From positions 71,309 through 103,308 of the forward strand of contig JAGWHF010000002.1 of the NCBI GenBank assembly GCA_028866895.1: a stretch of DNA of 32,000 nt, given 5' to 3'. Below, one piece after another: positions 29,450-32,000 of the stretch (positions within the stretch are counted from its first letter, which is position 1; every line of letters begins with the position of its first letter). The notes beneath the pieces are model-generated. The model was not told the DNA's origin. It saw only the letters and a list, made by a program, of their open reading frames with translations, and searched no databases. Origin of the DNA: Nitrososphaerota archaeon. Lineage in GTDB: Archaea > Thermoproteota > Nitrososphaeria > Nitrososphaerales > Nitrosopumilaceae. Both the position numbers and the translations under genes were made by a program.

Positions 29450-31012
29450 TTAAAACACCTTTGTCCTCGCAGCACGTTTTTCAGAGCCGTTGTTGCCTAC
29501 CATTTCCTCGAAGAGTGGTATCTTGATTGGGAGTGCGAACGGTACGAATATGCTCGAGATAATCCCCTCGCCCTTGTCAAGGCTCGCTATGTTCTTATCA
29601 TCTTCCGACAGGTCCTGGGACGCGCTCTCTATGATGGCATCCCTCTCCTGCTTCATCTCATTTCCAAGTATTATCTTTGTATTCATGTTCGCAAGGATGG
29701 TCCTTGGGATCACACTGGAAAGCTGAGTTATTGCAGTCAGGCCTACCTTGAACTTCCTGCCCTCCTTTGCTATGATGCTGTATATGTTGTCGTTCTTCGA
29801 AACTAGGACATCCTCCCCAATCACTCGCGGGGCCTCCTCTATGACGACGGTCACGACCGGCTTCCTTTCAAGCTGCCCCTTTTGCTTGTAGTCTTTGTAT
29901 CTCTCGAGCACCTTTGACGCTATTATGTTCCCCACGATTATTTCCGCCTCGTTGCCGAGCCTCGAGGTATCGAGAATAACCTTCTTGCCTGCCTCAAGGT
30001 CATTGACAATGTCATCCACCGTGGTAATCCCCTTTGTGGCAGCATCGAACACCTCGTTTTTGCATTCCACTTGGTTTTGTTCATTGAGATCAAGCCCGAG
30101 TATGATCCTCATCTTTCTCTTCACGACTGACATGGTAACTGCCGCATTCTCGGACGAGGCAAACTCCTCGGGTGATGTCATCATTATCTGTGATATCCAC
30201 GTATCCCTGTGCGTCCTGTAGGCTCCTCTGATTGCCTGGTACTGCGCATCGGAAAAGTCTATGATCCCTTCAAAGTGCTCAGGCCTTACAGAGCGGAGGT
30301 TTATGGTGAGCATATTCGTTCCGGGTGGCGGGCTTGCTGGGGTATAGTAGACAAGGTTCTCCCTTGATCTAGGATGGTCCTTCAGTCCAGGGCCATGCCT
30401 GCCGTAATACTCATCATGCGCATCAAGGACAAGTGCGCCGACCCTATTAGAATCAAGGGCATGCCACAAGATGGTCTTGACTAGATTGCTTTTTCCCCTT
30501 CCAGTTGTGGCTGGGATCAGGATATGGTGTGAGAACACGTCTTCGGCATTGAGCCAGACTTCAGCGTCCTTGATGACCTTGGTGCCACTCCTGATGTGAC
30601 CTACGAAAATCTGTTCGGTCGACCTCTTCAGAAATCTCAGGTCTTCGTTTTTAATGAATCTGAGTTTGTTGAAAAAGGAGGGAAGGGACTTTGGCAGTGT
30701 GACTTTGTTGTCCGTGCGGGAGACTCTGGCCAGGGGTTTTATTCTTGCTAGGACGTAATTGACAAATTCTGGCTCGTAAAACTCCGCATTTCCCACACCC
30801 TGCTCCAGGTTGACTCCAGACATCATTTGCTGCATCCTGTCTTGGATCTGGCTGCCGTACTCCAAGGCAAACACTTGGAGTATGAGATAAGATCCGTCCT
30901 CTTCCGATATCAACAGATCCCCGATCTCCAAATTTTTGCCAAATTTTTCCCTAATCACGATGTCGCCAAAACTTCCCCCGATTACCTGTCCCACAATGTC
31001 AATCTCGTCCAA
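29450..31012 (-). CDS. herA: HerA (FtsK/HerA-type) hexameric ATPase/helicase
   Basis: There is an N-terminal HAS-barrel-like region, the Walker A motif ATTGRGKSN, and a Walker B-like VVIEEA. The TTG start directly abuts the nurA stop (TAATTG). Confidence 0.92.
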   Translation of the reverse strand: MDEIDIVGQVIGGSFGDIVIREKFGKNLEIGDLLISEEDGSYLILQVFALEYGSQIQDRMQQMMSGVNLEQGVGNAEFYEPEFVNYVLARIKPLARVSRTDNKVTLPKSLPSFFNKLRFIKNEDLRFLKRSTEQIFVGHIRSGTKVIKDAEVWLNAEDVFSHHILIPATTGRGKSNLVKTILWHALDSNRVGALVLDAHDEYYGRHGPGLKDHPRSRENLVYYTPASPPPGTNMLTINLRSVRPEHFEGIIDFSDAQYQAIRGAYRTHRDTWISQIMMTSPEEFASSENAAVTMSVVKRKMRIILGLDLNEQNQVECKNEVFDAATKGITTVDDIVNDLEAGKKVILDTSRLGNEAEIIVGNIIASKVLERYKDYKQKGQLERKPVVTVVIEEAPRVIGEDVLVSKNDNIYSIIAKEGRKFKVGLTAITQLSSVIPRTILANMNTKIILGNEMKQERDAIIESASQDLSEDDKNIASLDKGEGIISSIFVPFALPIKIPLFEEMVGNNGSEKRAARTKVF

Positions 31013-32000
31013 TTAACTAGTCACCCAGTTGAGGTCATCATGGACGACGTTGGTGAGGGTATACTTTGAGAGGCGCTTCCACTGTGGGTCCCTCGATTTT
31101 TCAGCCATTATCATGCCGCGGTACATCTCAAGCTCATTTATTCTGACTTGGGCAAACCTATCCGCGTCGATTGATCCGTATGGGTATCCAAGCATGGAGA
31201 TGTCCTCGGCATTGACCGCCAGGCTGGCCAGCACGTTGTTCCGCTCATCCTCGCCCATGGCGTTGAACTGCTCAAGGAGGATCTCAAACCTAAACACGTG
31301 CCTTGATTTGGGGTGGAGCTTGCACACCACCATGAAGCCCCTGTCATCGGATGACACCTTCTCTGCTACAGGGATGTACCACCTTGGAAGATCCGTCCTC
31401 TCTGAAATCTCGGCAATCCTTGCCAGCAGGGGATCTCCAGATTGTGTGACAAGCCTGCTGGTCTTTGTCAGTCCGCAAACTATGACGCCTTTCTCCGTTG
31501 CAAGCTCATACAACCTGTTTGCGTATTTTACCTCGTTCTCAAAGCTTGTCTGAAGAGACCCGTCAATTACAATCACATCCCCGCTCGAAAGCTCGTTTTC
31601 GACAATCCTGCAGGCCATATTCCACTCGGCAAAGCGCCTTGAAAGGGAAACTAGTTTTGAGCCCTGCAGGATTGAAGAATATTCCACCTTGGATGTCAGG
31701 TCGGCAACATCTGGCAGGTATTCCAAGTCGCCGTCATCATAAGTGAAGAGGTTGGTGTTGTAGCTTATGCTCTGCCTCTCACCAACTTTCTTGATCTCGG
31801 ATACTACGTAGGAGAAAAATTCAATCCGGCGCTTGAGTTTTTGCGGCATTATTCGCTTTTTTCCGCGGAATATCGAGAAGTAGAGCCTATTTATCACAAT
31901 CATGTAATTGGGGGATTCCTCCAGTATGCCATCCCCACCGTCCACAAACGCGATCTTCTTTGGATTGATGGTACCACTTATCTCTATAAAATTCTCCGCC
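31013..32000 (-). CDS. nurA: NurA 5'-3' nuclease, 5' end cut by the window edge
   Basis: The reading frame stays open to the window end (...ENFIEISGTINPKKIAFVDGGDG...). IAFVDGG matches the first catalytic Asp motif region of NurA. It sits immediately upstream of herA. Confidence 0.8.
   Translation of the reverse strand, partial: AENFIEISGTINPKKIAFVDGGDGILEESPNYMIVINRLYFSIFRGKKRIMPQKLKRRIEFFSYVVSEIKKVGERQSISYNTNLFTYDDGDLEYLPDVADLTSKVEYSSILQGSKLVSLSRRFAEWNMACRIVENELSSGDVIVIDGSLQTSFENEVKYANRLYELATEKGVIVCGLTKTSRLVTQSGDPLLARIAEISERTDLPRWYIPVAEKVSSDDRGFMVVCKLHPKSRHVFRFEILLEQFNAMGEDERNNVLASLAVNAEDISMLGYPYGSIDADRFAQVRINELEMYRGMIMAEKSRDPQWKRLSKYTLTNVVHDDLNWVTS

Noticed and set aside
1-32000. A scan of the whole window for CRISPR arrays, rRNA, tRNA, integrases, transposases and known defence-system gene sets.
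   Set aside because: I saw no regularly spaced direct repeats, no T-loop/acceptor signatures in intergenic gaps, and no recombinase motifs. HerA-NurA occurs in its canonical Mre11-Rad50 repair context rather than a defence context.

Overview
This is an archaeal chromosomal segment of roughly 50% GC (judged by eye), with tightly packed genes on both strands. The gene content is aEF-2, purP, tatA/tatC and a nurA-herA-mre11-rad50 operon. Many TATA-like boxes sit about 25-30 nt upstream of start codons, which suggests leaderless mRNAs. This resembles a Nitrososphaeria/Thaumarchaeota-like genome, but that is inference and cannot be verified without a database search.

I found no rRNA, tRNA, CRISPR array, transposase or integrase. 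The main observations are:

- **SNF2 helicase with two inteins.** A 1355-aa SNF2-family helicase is interrupted by two apparently intact LAGLIDADG inteins, exactly at ATPase motif I (GLGK|T) and motif VI (QAEDR|CHRIGQ). Its core is much more AT-rich than the flanking DNA.
- **Half-size DOHH-like protein.** A 164-aa four-HEAT-repeat protein has two His-Glu motifs arranged like one half of eukaryotic deoxyhypusine hydroxylase.
- **Recurring palindrome.** The motif TTAACA-W-TGTTAA sits immediately upstream of several TATA-like boxes. One of these is an orphan promoter facing an 11-bp hairpin in a convergent intergenic gap.
- **GC-rich gap.** A 417-bp GC-rich stretch has no credible ORF.
- **Short genes missing from the ORF track.** These are shorter than 60 aa: tatA, a C2H2 zinc finger, a basic 54-aa protein, a 58-aa protein and a 46-aa membrane peptide.
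- **ABC importer-like operon.** It has a fused double permease and a stand-alone AAA-associated-domain protein, but no binding-protein gene.

All function calls rest on motifs I read in the translations. No homology search was run.
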